From the human T2T-CHM13v2.0 reference genome, Homo sapiens, in the NCBI RefSeq assembly GCF_009914755.1, contig NC_060927.1: 64,000 bases of DNA. One strand, given 5' to 3'. How positions within the stretch are numbered: position 1 is the stretch's first letter; each line of letters begins with the position of its first letter. Positions 17,701 to 31,820 of the stretch are shown in pieces. The translations under genes and the position numbers were made by a program. The notes under the pieces were generated by a model that saw only the letters and a program-made list of their open reading frames with translations, had not been told where the DNA came from and made no database searches.

Positions 17701-17814
17701 ATGGTAGTATATTTTATTCTATAGATCAAATAATTATTTGAATTTTATAACAATACTCAAGACATGCAATTCTTGTTTAATGTATTAAAAACATTTAAAT
17801 GTTTGGGAGATCGA

Positions 17815-18162
17815 GCTGGGAGGATCGCTTGAGCCCAGGAGTTTGAGACCGGCCTGGGCAACATAGCAAGATTCTTGTCTCTTTAAAAAAAAAAAAAAAA
17901 AGCAGGCCGGGTGTGGTGGCTCACGCCTGTAATCCCAGCACTTTGGGAGGCCGAGGTGGGCAGATCACGAGGTCAGGAGATCGAGACCATCCTGGCTAAC
18001 ATCATGAAACCCTGTCTGTACTAAAAATACAAAAAATTAGCCGGGCATGGTGGTGGGCACCTGTAGTCCCAGCTACTCAGGAGGCTGAGGCAGGAGAATG
18101 GCGCGAACCCAGGAGGCGGAGCTTGCAGTGAGTGGAGATTGCGCCACTGCACTCCAACCTGG
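17815..18162 (+). mobile_element. Alu monomer fragment (17815-17901) followed by 3'-truncated AluY (17905-18162)
   Basis: Alu motifs; the AluY stops at actccaacctgg without a tail. Confidence 0.85.
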
Positions 18163-18225
18163 ACTGCCTCAGTGAAGGTGGCAGAAGTCATGAAATACAC
18201 AGCCATTGAAAATCTCTGGGATGAT

Positions 18226-18493
<268 letters not shown>

Positions 18494-19313
18494 AAAATCT
18501 CTGGGATGATTCCAAGGGCACACAGCAAATGAAGAAGCGTTTATTAAGAAAACCTACTAACACCTGGGAAGAACACCAAGGGCCTGCAGTGTGTGAAATA
18601 AGATGCCCGTCCTCCCTGACTCCCCACCCCAGTGAGGGGGGCTCCACTCCAGACTGCTTTCTCCAAGATCACAGGACTCCCTCACCCCCTAGCTCCTGCC
18701 TGGGAGATTTGCTTGCTAAGAGGGGCAGAATGTTATCTTTTCTTATCATGCCACCAGCTACCGCTTGCTGAGACCGCTTGCTCAGCCCAGGAAAGTGGGT
18801 TGAGAGGTGGAGGCTCTTGTCTTCCACACAGGCCCCACTCATGGGATGGAGGCTCTGCCTTGAGTGCAGCACCCATGAGAATACTGGGGCCCGGCCGCCC
18901 TTCCCTGGCTCATGGGGTGGGGTTCCCTGCTAAGAGAGGACAGCCGATGAACACTGGGGCTACTGCCCCATTCACCAAGCACCCAGCTCCTGATGTGCAG
19001 GTGTCACCAGAGAGAGATGCACCACTGTGTCCAGCACCATAGCTCTGGCTCAGAGAGTTTGCCTGGGAAAGCAGCAGGCAGAAAACAGAAGGTGTGAGTA
19101 GCTTTTGAAGAAACTGACTTCATGTGCAATGGAGCTCGGAGAAGTCCAAGCCTAAGCGCACTCTCCAGAACAGTGGAGGTTGTGCTGAAAGGCAACTGGG
19201 AGGCGACGGAGAGTCCAGGAGGTGTGGGCTACACTGGAGGCCGGCAAGTCTGCAAGAGAGAAATGGAAAAAGAGACAGCTGGGAAGAGCTCTCCTGGGGT
19301 TAGAACAAACCTT

Positions 19314-20405
19314 AATATCTTTTTTGACAAAGAACGTAACATCAAAATAGCCGACTTTGGGTTTAGTTCAACATTTGCAAAGAGAGACTGAGAACGTTTA
19401 ATGGGACTCGCCCTTACGCAGGCCCAGAACTCTTCCTGGGCCATGGATGGGTACCAATGACCTGCCATCAATGTTTGGAGCCTTGGCATCATCGTATGCA
19501 AAATGGTGGCTGGGGACCTGCCATTTTATGAGCAGAACTGTAAGGATATACAGAAAAAAAAAAAAACAAAACTTAAAATAGTACTGCTACTTTTTTTTTT
19601 ATTTTAATGGAAAAAAATATTTAAAAATTCTTCACACTCAACCCCAGGGAGCAGCTTCCACTGGACCAGCTGTTGAGGGACTCCTGAGTCAATAGCGACC
19701 AGAAGACATGGTTCAAGCCATACAGAGAGCCACTCCTGGACCTCCCAGGCCCCACAACAACCCAGCTCATAGTGGCCAGGGGATTCTAGGCAGAGCATAT
19801 CGAGGAAGCGATATTAAAAAAAAAAAAAGAAGTCATCCCATGGCCACCTACCTAATCAGGGAGTTCAGAAAAGTGCAGAGGAGAAAGGGTTCCAACATCG
19901 GAGCACAATCCCTCCTTCCTGGGGGCCCCACCTGTCCTTCCCCATCTGCCACATTTAAGTCAACCTTCCCTGTCCAACCGAGAGGAGGACTCAAAACCAG
20001 CCGACCTTTCCCACTTTCTAATTCACAGAAGCACGAACAGGAGCATCCCTGGGAGTCAGGGCAAACCCTACCTGGCCTGGAGATGAAGCCAGCCATTCCC
20101 AGCAAAGCCCCCAGCATAAGCCTGTGACTTCACCCTCCCCAGAGCACCAGCAGCTATGGGGGAACCCCCAAGGAGACTTGTCTCAGGGAACCCACTGGGA
20201 AGTTGGCTCACTCCATGTGGAAGACCCAGAAGAGGTGACTTGGTCGGAGGGAACCCCCGGGAAGCCAGATGGTGTAACCTCAATCTCTGTGACCAAAAGG
20301 AGCCACGGATGCCACTGGCAAAAGATGTTTCAGTTTCATGCTGCAATTATGTTGTTTCTGACTAGCACAAAAAAGTCAAAGGGAGAAATAAGGCAGCACC
20401 AGTGA
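19314..20405 (+). pseudogene. Smok/MARK-like Ser/Thr kinase pseudogene, copy 1 (5'-truncated)
   Basis: NIFFDKERNIKIADFGFSSTF, then after frameshifts GTRPYAGPELFLG and INVWSLGIIVCKMVAGDLPF, then UBA end HPMATYLI. Multiple frameshifts and stops. Confidence 0.88.
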
Positions 20406-21774
20406 ACCCAATGGACAGCTGGGCCGAGACAAAAACCAAGTGGGTGGGGCAGTCGAGCTACACTTCCTGTGTTTTATTACATTTATTATGTTCTTCTTAA
20501 TATTATTTTAATTGGCAAATCATGCTTGCATTCATTTATGAGATACAGTGTGAGGATTAGATGGATGTGTGCACATTGGAATGACAAAATCACACTACTT
20601 AGCATCTCCATCACCTCAGAAAGACAAATTCCGTGTGATGTCCCTGAAGTGTTCATCTAAAAAAGCTGACCTCATAGAAGTAGCGAGTAGATTGATGGTG
20701 AACAGGGGCTGAGGAGCAGATGTGTAGAGGGGTGGCAGAGGGAAGAAATGGGGGGGTTGTTGGTCAAAGGACCAAAGTCTCAGTTGGAAAGGATGAAGAG
20801 GTTTTGACATCTAGTGCACCGTAGGGTAACCAGAGTCAATGGGAATGTATTGCCTATGGCAAAACACCTGAGAGAGTCCATGTCGAATCCTGGCATTCAG
20901 AATGGAGAAAACAAAGGCCCTGAGGTTCAAGAACATTAAAAACCTTGGGACAAATTGACCATGTGTAGACTCCAACAGCTGTGGGTGAGAACCGGGCAAG
21001 ATGACGACGCTGCCATGTGCCCAATACACCTGGCCCAGAGGCATTCAGCAGAGGACGGAGGTGTCCAAGCTGCTACCAGGGTCAATGAACAGGATTCAAA
21101 AGTCAAGAGGGCATCTGGCAGCCCTGTAGCCTTCAAAGGCCTATCCAAAGCTACAAGTGAGCTGAAGGACAGCCTGGAGCCTCCTGAAGAACAGAGGGCC
21201 CCTCCACCCCACCTGGCCCAGGGCACCATCTCTTCCTCCTGTCTGTCCCCTGCTTCCTCTGTGCTGCCGCCTCCCCCTTCCTCCCCACTCAGCTCCCTGC
21301 AGTCCTCTCTCCACCCTTCCAAGGTAAACACAGCTTGCTGCTCTCCTGAGGCCCTGCTAAGACTGTGGTTTCTGGTCCCCGCTGAACTCTGGGACTTGAT
21401 TTCCCTGGCCTTTTCCCCCACCTCCTTTCTGTTTGTCCCAGCCCCACCTCCAACTCCCTCCTCCCCAATTCCCCCTCTGCCATTCCTAATCCCCTCATCC
21501 TGATTCCTTTTTGCTACATTTTCTCTAGCTAAATCATCTTTTATTCACTTGCTAATAATCTATCCCTCGGTCTCCTGGATGTCTGTCTTGTGCAACATAG
21601 AATTATGAAAATCTAGAAATTGGAATCTAACTCCTGGCCCTAGATAGGACTCAGGTTTTGTGAAAGGGAGAAAACAGCAACAACAACAACAAAAACCAAA
21701 AGCAAGCCCCACCAAATCAACACCTAGTCTAGAGCCTGATATAAGTGCCACTCAAAATGTGTTTCCTTCCTTTA

Positions 21775-22079
21775 TTCTTTTTTTTTTTTTTTTTGAGACA
21801 GTGTCTTGCTCTATCACACAGGCTGGAGTGCAGTGCCGCAACCTTGGCTCACTGCAACCTCTGCCTCCCGAGTTCAAGAAATTCTCCCTCAGCCTCCCAG
21901 TAGCTGGAATTACAGGTGCCCACCACCATGCCTGGCTAATTTTGTTTTTTTGAATTTTTGGTAGAGATGGGGTTTCACCATGTTGGCCAGGCTGGTCTCG
22001 AACTTCCAACCTCAAGAGAGCTGCCCGCATCAGCCTCCCAAAGTGCTGGGATTACAGGCGTGAGCCATTGTGCCTGGTC
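21775..22079 (-). mobile_element. Alu (S-type)
   Basis: Reverse Alu; TSD tccttcctttattc; empty site at ~27518. Confidence 0.92.
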
Positions 22080-22800
22080 TCCTTCCTTTATTCAATAACC
22101 AGAGAATTCTTCCTGAAAAAGGTGGCCCCTGAGACCATTTGGAAGCATCACAGGGTGGAGGGGCAAGGGTCCTGCGAGCTGGTCTTGCCATCCCTTGTCC
22201 CCCAGTTTACATGAAGCCGAGCTCCAGAGAAGAGACAGGGCCCGTGGGGCATTTGGATTACACTCCAAGTCTAATTCCCAGTCCAACAATCCTTCCCGCA
22301 GAGGCTTCCTTCATCTGTCCACTTGGCCAAGGAAGGAGCAGGTCAGCTCATGCCCCCTGCCTGGATGCAGACAACAACCATCAGAAGGCCATCCATGTAG
22401 CCGGGGCCCCAGAACAATGTCTGCTTGGAAAGGGCCCAAGGAGCTGGAGCCCTTTAGCCTCAAGAAGAGCATGAGGGACCCAGCACCCTTCTGAAACCTA
22501 AACCACATTCTGGCCTGAGCCATTTTGCACTGTCTGTGCCCTAGAAAGTTGTGAAGGCCTGTAAGTGGGTCTTCCTGTTTCCTTGTCTTCTGAGGCCCAG
22601 GCCTTTCTCAGAGCCTCCGTGGGTCCCACCCCTGCACCCATCACACGGTGTCTGGGCCCTGCCTGCCTGGCTCACACCCCCCACCCCCACTCACTGTCCT
22701 ATTTCCATCCCTGTGGATGGACATAGGGGACACCGTGCTAGGCACTGCTGTTCTCTCTCTTAGAAGACTTTCATAGGCCCTGCCCGTCCCTTTTGCCAAT

Positions 22801-23144
22801 TGATATCATTTGGCTGTGTCCCCACCCAAATCTCAACTTGGATTGTATCTCCCAGAATTCCCACATGTTGTGGGAGGGACTCAGGGGGAGGTAATTGAAT
22901 CATGGGGCCAGTCTTCCCTGTGCTATTCTCATGATAGTCTCATGAGATCTGATGGGTTTATCAGGGGTTTCCGCTTTTGCTTCTTTCTCATTTTCTCCTA
23001 TTGCTGCCACGTAAGAAGTACCTTTTACCTCCTGCCATGATTCTGAGGCCTCCCCAGCCATGTGGAATTATAAGTCCAATTAAACCTCTTTTTCTTCCCA
23101 GTCTCAGATATATTTTTAACAGCTGCGTGAAACAGACTAATACA
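22801..23144 (+). mobile_element. THE1(A-like) solo LTR
   Basis: tgatatcatttggctgtgtccccacccaaatctc...gactaataca with 5-bp TSD ccaat; empty site at ~28216. Confidence 0.92.
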
Positions 23145-23250
23145 CCAATCAAGTGAATGTCACCTCCTCAGAGAAACCCTCCCTGAGCACCCCATCTGCA
23201 GTAGGGTCACCTCCATCTTCCACCTTCACTTTTCCTGGTGTTTCCTTCTT

Positions 23251-25657
23251 TTTTTATTTTATTTTATTTTATTTTATTTTTTTATTGATCATTCTTGGGT
23301 GTTTCTCGCAGAGGGGGATTTGGCAGGGTCATAGGACAATAGTGGAGGGAAGGTCAGCAGATAAACAAGTGAACAAAGGTCTCTGGTTTTCCTAGGCAGA
23401 GGACCCTGCGGCCTTCCGCAGTGTTTGTGTCCCTGGGTACTTGAGATTAGGGAGTGGTGATGACTCTTAACGAGCATGCTGCCTTCAAGCATCTGTTTAA
23501 CAAAGCACATCTTGCACCGCCCTTAATCCATTTAACCCTGAGTGGACACAGCACATGTTTCAGAGAGCACGGGGTTGGGGGTAAGGTCACAGATCAACAG
23601 GATAATAATTTTTCTTAGTACAGAACAAAATGAAAAGTCTCCCATGTCTACCTCTTTCTACACAGACACGGCAACCATCCGATTTCTCAATCTTTTCCCC
23701 ACCTTTCCCCCCTTTCTATTCCACAAAACCGCCATTGTCATCATGGCCCGTTCTCAATGAGCTGTTGGGTACACCTCCCAGACGGGGTGGTGGCCGGGCA
23801 GAGGGGCTCCTCACTTCCCAGTAGGGGCGGCCGGGCAGAGGCGCCCCTCACCTCCCGGGCGGGGCGGCTGGCTGGGCGGGGGGCTGACCCCTCCCACCTC
23901 CCTCCCGGACGGGGCGGCTGGCCGGTCGGGGGGCTGACCCCCCCACCTCCCTCCCGGACGGGGCGGCTGGCCGGGCGGGGGACTGACCCCCCCACCTCCC
24001 TCCCGGACGGGGCGGCTGGCCGGGCGGGGGGCTGATCCCCCCACCTCCCTCCCGGACGGGGCGGCTGGCCGGGTGGGGGGCTGACCCCCCCACCTCCCTC
24101 CCGGACGGGCGGCTGGCCGGGCAGAGGGGCTCCTCACTTCCCAGTAGGGACGGCCGGGCAGAGGCACCCCTCACCTCCCGGACGGGGTGGCTGGCCGGGC
24201 GGGGGGCTGACCCCCCCACCTCCGTCCCGGACGGGGCGGCTGGCCAGGCAGAGGGGCTCCTCACTTCCCAGTAGGGGCGGTCGGGCAGAGGCGCCCCTCA
24301 CGTCCCGGACGGGGCGGCTGGCCGGGCGGGGGGCTGACCCCCCCACCTCCCTCCCGGACGGGGCGGCTGGCCGGGCGGGGGGCTGATCCCCCCACCTCCC
24401 TCCCGGACGGGGCAGCTGGCCGGGTGGGGGGCTGACCCCCCCACCTCCCTCCCGGACGGGCGGCTGGCCAGGCAGAGGGGCTCCTCACTTCCCAGTAGGG
24501 ACGGCCGGGCAGAGGCACCCCTCACCTCCCGGACGGGGCGGCTGGCCAGGCAGAGGGGCTCCTCACTTCCCAGTAGGGGCGGTCGGGCAGAGGCGCCCCT
24601 CACGTCCCGGACGGGGCGGCTGGCCGGGCGGGGGGCTGATCCCCCCACCTCCCTCCCGGACGGGGCGGCTGGCCGGGCGGGGGGCTGATCCCCCCACCTC
24701 CCTCCCGGACGGGGCGGCTGGCCGGGTGGGGGGCTGACCCCCCCACCTCCCTCCCGGACGGGCGGCTGGCCGGGCAGAGGGGCTCCTCACTTCCCAGACG
24801 GGGTGGCTGCCGGGCGGAGGGGCTCCTCACTTCTCAGATGGGGCGGCTGCCGGGCAGAGGGGCTCCTCACTTCTCAGACGGGGCCGCCGGGCAGAGACGC
24901 TCCTCACCTCCCAGACGGGGTCGCGGCCGGGTAGAGGCGCTCCTCACATCCCAGACGGGGCGGCGGGGCAGAGGCGCTCCCCACATCTCAGAGATGGGCG
25001 GCTGGGCAGAGAGGCTCCTCACTTTCTAGATGTGATGGCGGCTGGGAAGAGGTGCTCCTCACTTCCTAGATGGGATGGCGGCCGGGCAGAGACGCTCCTC
25101 ACTTTCCAGACTGGGCAGCCAGGGAGAGGGGCTCCTCACATCCCAGACGATGGGCGGCCAGGTAGAGACGCTCCTCACTTCCCAGACGGGGTGGCGGCCG
25201 GGCAGAGGCTGCAATCTCGGCACTTTGGGAGGCCAAGGCAGGTAGCTGGGAGGTGGAGGTTGTAGCGAGCTGAGATCACGCCACTGCACTCCAGCCTGGG
25301 CACCATTGAGCACTGAGTGAACCAGACTCCGTCTGCAATCCCGGCACCTCAGGAGGCCGAGGCTGGCGGATCACTCGCGGTTAGGAGCTGGAGACCAGCC
25401 CGGCCAACACAGCGAAACCCCGTCTCCACCAAAAAAATACGAAAACCAGTCAGGCATGGCGGCGCGCGCCTGCAATTGCAGGCACTCTGCAGGCTGAGGC
25501 AGGAGAATCAGGCAGGGAGGTTGCAGTGAGCCGAGATGGCAGCAGTACAGTCCAGCTTCTGCTCGACATCAGAGGGAGACCGTGGAAAGAGAGGGAGAGG
25601 GAGACCGTGGGAGAGGGAGACCGTGGGAGAGGGAGAGGGAGAGGGAGAGGGAGAGGG
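23251..25657 (-). mobile_element. Full-length SVA retrotransposon
   Basis: poly(T), SINE-R, GC-rich VNTR, Alu-like domain and (gagagg)n hexamer; 16-bp TSD ctggtgtttccttctt (23235-23250, 25658-25673). Confidence 0.97.
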
Positions 25658-26656
25658 CTGGTGTTTCCTTCTTAGCCCCTATCTCCATGGGGAGTTTTCA
25701 CTCTGATAGACTAGTCTCCTTCACCCACCCAGGGCCAACGTGTCTGTCTTCTCTGTCCCTGCACACGGGAGATGGTCAATGTTCTTTTGTTGGCATCAGT
25801 AAAACAGGAAGACCCCTGAGGTGCAAGGATTGGGAGCCCTTCACCCCAGGTGAGGAAAGAGCCTTGAGGCAGGTAGACGACCCGAGCTAGTGCCCTCTCC
25901 CTACCCCAAGGGTCAGCCCTGGGCAGGACAGGCCACGGCCCCCTGGGGGCACCTGTCGCCTGTGCCCTTGATGGGTGGCCTGCAGGGGACGTGGCCGCAT
26001 TTGGTCAGCGGTGGTCCTGGGGCAGCTGCGTTCAGGTGGGCAGCACTTTAGGAAGGACAAACTCCAAAACCCAGGCTCCAAAGGACCCATGAGAAGGTCG
26101 GGAGGCTCAAAGGAGTGTCCTGGTGGCGGGGCCAGCGCTTTGAGGCCCCTGGGTACCCAGCAGAGAGGGCCTGCATGAGGCATCTGGATACACTGAGCAC
26201 CACTGGAAAATGAGAGGCCCGCAGAGGTCACCTGTCCCTGTGGGGGCAGCACTGCCTGAAGGGAGGTGGCCACAGCAGCCCACAGGGGCCCAGGGCTGAG
26301 GAGCTCTGCCTTGGGTGCCAAGGCTGGGCAGGGACTGTGCCCTTGGGAGTCCTGTTTGAGACCCACCTCCACCACATGGCCCTGCCCTCGTCTTATTTGC
26401 CTGGACAGCAAGGCCTGCAGAAGCTTATTTGCTCATCCAATTTAGGGATCCTGAGCTCCCTACTGGGCAAGGCTGGTGGGTTCACAGCTGCCCCTGATGG
26501 TTTCCTCGGCAACCTCAAATCAGATTCTGCTCCTTAGTTGCCAGCATCTATTACTAAAGAAGGCGGGGGCAGAAAGCATGGGGGTGTCATGGTGACAGAG
26601 GTAAGGAGAACACAGAGTTTTCTACTTCTGGTGATGGTAGCGGTGGCCGCCACCTG

Positions 26657-28880
<2,224 letters not shown>

Positions 28881-29689
28881 AGGGCGCCCGCCCGTGTGGG
28901 CGCAGCAGCGCCTGGAGGGAGACGGCCTCGGCCGCCCGCAGGGGTCAGGCTCTGCTGCAGGTGGGGGTGGGGGGTCCCTGTCTCGGCCTCCCAGCCCAGG
29001 CTGGGTCTCTTTGCCCAGGTTGGGCGGGGCCGATGGCCGTTGGAAGCCCCGTTTCCACGGAGACCCGAGGCCGCCGGACCGCCTGTCAGGGGCTGCCCTG
29101 GAGCCTGGCACCTTACCCTTGCACCCTGTCTGCCCCTCGGGGGCCATGCTGTCCACGCTGACCCTGACTCGAGACATCGGGATGCCTGTCCACGCCTCCA
29201 CTCCTGGGCCACTTCCCCGTGGGGTGAGCAGAAGGGCAGGGCGGGGTGGGAATCTGTTGTAGGCAGGGAAGGGAATTGCCCCCAGGCCCGGAGAGTTTGA
29301 AGCCTGGGGTACTGTCACCAACAGCCCAGGACCCTCGCAGCTGGGCCTGCCCTAGAGTCTTCCTGCAGCAGGGCTGTCCTCCGGAGGGGCTGTGAATGTT
29401 TCCCGGGGGTGGGGCTGAAGCCAGAGCCCAGAGGTTTGCCCCTGGGGCAGGGATCCTCCAGGTCACTCGCCCCCGCCCCCTACGGGCTGCAGTGAAGGAG
29501 GCTCTGAGGGGAGGATGGCCGGCTCCTCCCCTGCAAGGACAGGGGCTCCTGGGAAGGCATTCCTGCTCTGGGGACTGCCTCCCTCCCCCACATCACAGCC
29601 AGCCACCACAGAAGCTTGGCCAAGCTGACCACTCTTATCTGTGATCTCTGCCAGGGAGGCTGAAAGAACTTCCAGCCCTACCCGTGGTC

Positions 29690-30200
29690 CCTTCCCGCCT
29701 CAGGCTATATGGTTCCCCACCTATTTCTTCACTTCCACTGGAAACACTGGTAAAACAATTCCTCACCCTCGACTCCAGGGAGCGGCCCCCACTAAACCAG
29801 CTGATGTGGGACCCCTGGGTCAGTTGCCGGCCAGGAGACGCTGCTGACACCAGAGACCCTGGGCACCTGGGCCCCCTACAACCCTGGTCATGGTGGCCAT
29901 GGGATGCCAGGCAGCACACATCTCGGAATCAGTATTTCCCCCACCCTACAAAAAATAAGTATATGATTATCCCATGGCCACCTACGTAATCCTGGGGTAC
30001 AGGAAAAGTGCAGAGGAGGAAGGGCTCCGTCATTTAAGCACAGTTCCTTCCTTCTGGGTGTCCCTCCTGCTCTTCCCCATCCGACAAAGTCCATCTTCCT
30101 TGTGGAACCAAAGACAGCTCAAAGGGAGCCGGCTGTTCACACTTTTAAGTTTTGGCTGCCCAAGGAGAGTCAGAAGTCAGGGCAGAAAGCCACAATTCCT
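29690..30200 (+). pseudogene. Smok/MARK-like kinase pseudogene, copy 2 (end of C-lobe plus UBA)
   Basis: LETLVKQFLTLDSRERPPLNQLMWDPWV (subdomain XI) and YDYPMATYVILGY. Confidence 0.85.
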
Positions 30201-31150
30201 GCCCCAGAACTCTCCCTGGGCCAGGTGTATCAGTGCCCTGCGATGGACGTATGGAACCTCCATGTCATTCTCTATTCCATGGTGGCCGGGGCCCTGACCT
30301 TCTACTCAGGGAACCTGGTGGACCTGAGGAAAAAAATTATCACAGGACAATACTATTCTCCACCATTTTTTCCCTCTTCAAATTGAAAGATTTATTAAAA
30401 AGTACTTAATGCTAAACGTTAGGGAGCGATCCCTACTGGAACAACTGATGAGGGGCCCGTGGGTGAACAGTGGCCAGAAGATCTCACTGATATCGTACAA
30501 AGAGCCACTCCTGGACCACCCGAACTCCAACAACTCAGCTCACGGTGGCCATGGGATTCAAGGCTGAGAACATCTCAGCGCCAAAAAAAAAAAAACATTC
30601 AACTATCCCATGGCCACCTACCTCATTTTAGAGCACACAAAACAAAAAGGAAGCACTCTACCATCAGAGAACTGTCTCTTCTTCCTGGAGTTCCCACCTC
30701 TCCTTCTCCATCTGCTGAAGTTTCCACCTTCCCTCTCCCACTGGAGCAGGCTCACAGCAAGCCAATTTGTCCCACATTCAATATTCAGCTGTCGGAGAAC
30801 GGCCAGAAGTCAGGGCAGAAGACCACCATTCCTGCCAGTGCACTTGCCGTCCTGTAGAGGAAGCCAGACAGTTTTAGTGAAAACCCCAGCATGACCCTGT
30901 GGGCTCCTCCTCTACCCAGAGCACCAGCAGTAGTGGAAGAGACCCAGAAAAAACCCTGGCCCAGCGACAACCACTGCAGGAAGCCAGATTCCTCCAAACT
31001 GGGCAGCCAGAGGCTGTGAAGTCAGCCTCATCCACAAGAACCTGGGGCTGCCACAGGGCTGCCAGAATATGCCTTTCATTTCTTCTACAAATGTGTTGCT
31101 TGTGCCCAGCACAGAAAACTCTTACAAATAAGATCACCCCAACAAAGTAG
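30201..31150 (+). pseudogene. Smok/MARK-like kinase pseudogene, copy 3 (APE motif to C-terminus)
   Basis: APELSLGQVYQCPAMDVWNLHVILYSMVAGALTF...LRKKIITGQYYSPPF, PMATYLIL, C-terminal ...FLLQMCCLCPAQKTLTNKITPTK*. Frameshifted. Confidence 0.88.
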
Positions 31151-31820
31151 TTGAATGGCTGTGGTGAAGACAAAAATCAAGTAGGTAGGGTGGTCAAGCC
31201 GCACTTCCTGCATTTTATTTATTATGTTTTTATTAGTATTGTTTTAATTGGCAAATCGTGCTCGTATTCATTTATGGGGTAGAATGTGATGATTAGATAG
31301 ATGTGTGCACTGTGGAATGAGGAAATCATGCTACTTAGCATCTCCACCACCTCAGAAAGACCAGTTCCACATGATGTCACAGAAATGTTGATCAGAAAAA
31401 GTTGACCTCACAGAAGTCGTGAGTAGATCGATGGTGACAGGAGCCGGGGAGTGGCACGGGGAGGAAATGGGGGGTTGTCCATCAAAGGACCAAAATCTCA
31501 GATGGACAGGAGGAGGAGGTTTTGACATCCCGTGCACAGCAGGGTGACCAGAGTCAATGGGAATGTACTGCATTGCAAAACACCTGAGAGAGTCCATGTC
31601 AAATGTCTTTTTGCATTTACATTAGAGAGGATGAAGGCCCTGAGGTCCAAGAACATTGAAACCTGACAGGTCAGTCATGCGTGTACTCCAACAGCTGCGG
31701 GTAGGGGCCAGGCAAGATGTCCACACTGCCGTGGCTTCAAAGGCATCCTATCCCAAGGGGTGAACTGAAGGACAGCCTGGAGCTTCCTGGAGACCAGAGG
31801 GCCCCTCCACCCTACCTGGA
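31150..31820 (+). repeat. Post-kinase flank paralogous to 20405-21215, including a shared L1MA-like fragment
   Basis: Shared gacaaaaa(c/t)caagt, ttttaattggcaaatc, ccagagtcaatgggaatgta and gaaggacagcctggagc. Confidence 0.85.

Larger units (their letters stand above)
21215..26240 (+). repeat. Tandem duplication unit A (paralogous to 26657-28880; carries unit-specific Alu, THE1 LTR and SVA)
   Basis: Shared blocks such as cccagggcaccatctcttcctcctgtctgtcc, gagctggagccctttagcctcaagaagagc and tcacctcctcagagaaaccctccctgagcacc. Confidence 0.9.

Noticed and set aside
23741-25529. SVA VNTR as a CRISPR-like array or repeat protein gene (likewise 46975-49066)
   Set aside because: Standard SVA VNTR with no unique spacers, in a eukaryotic context.
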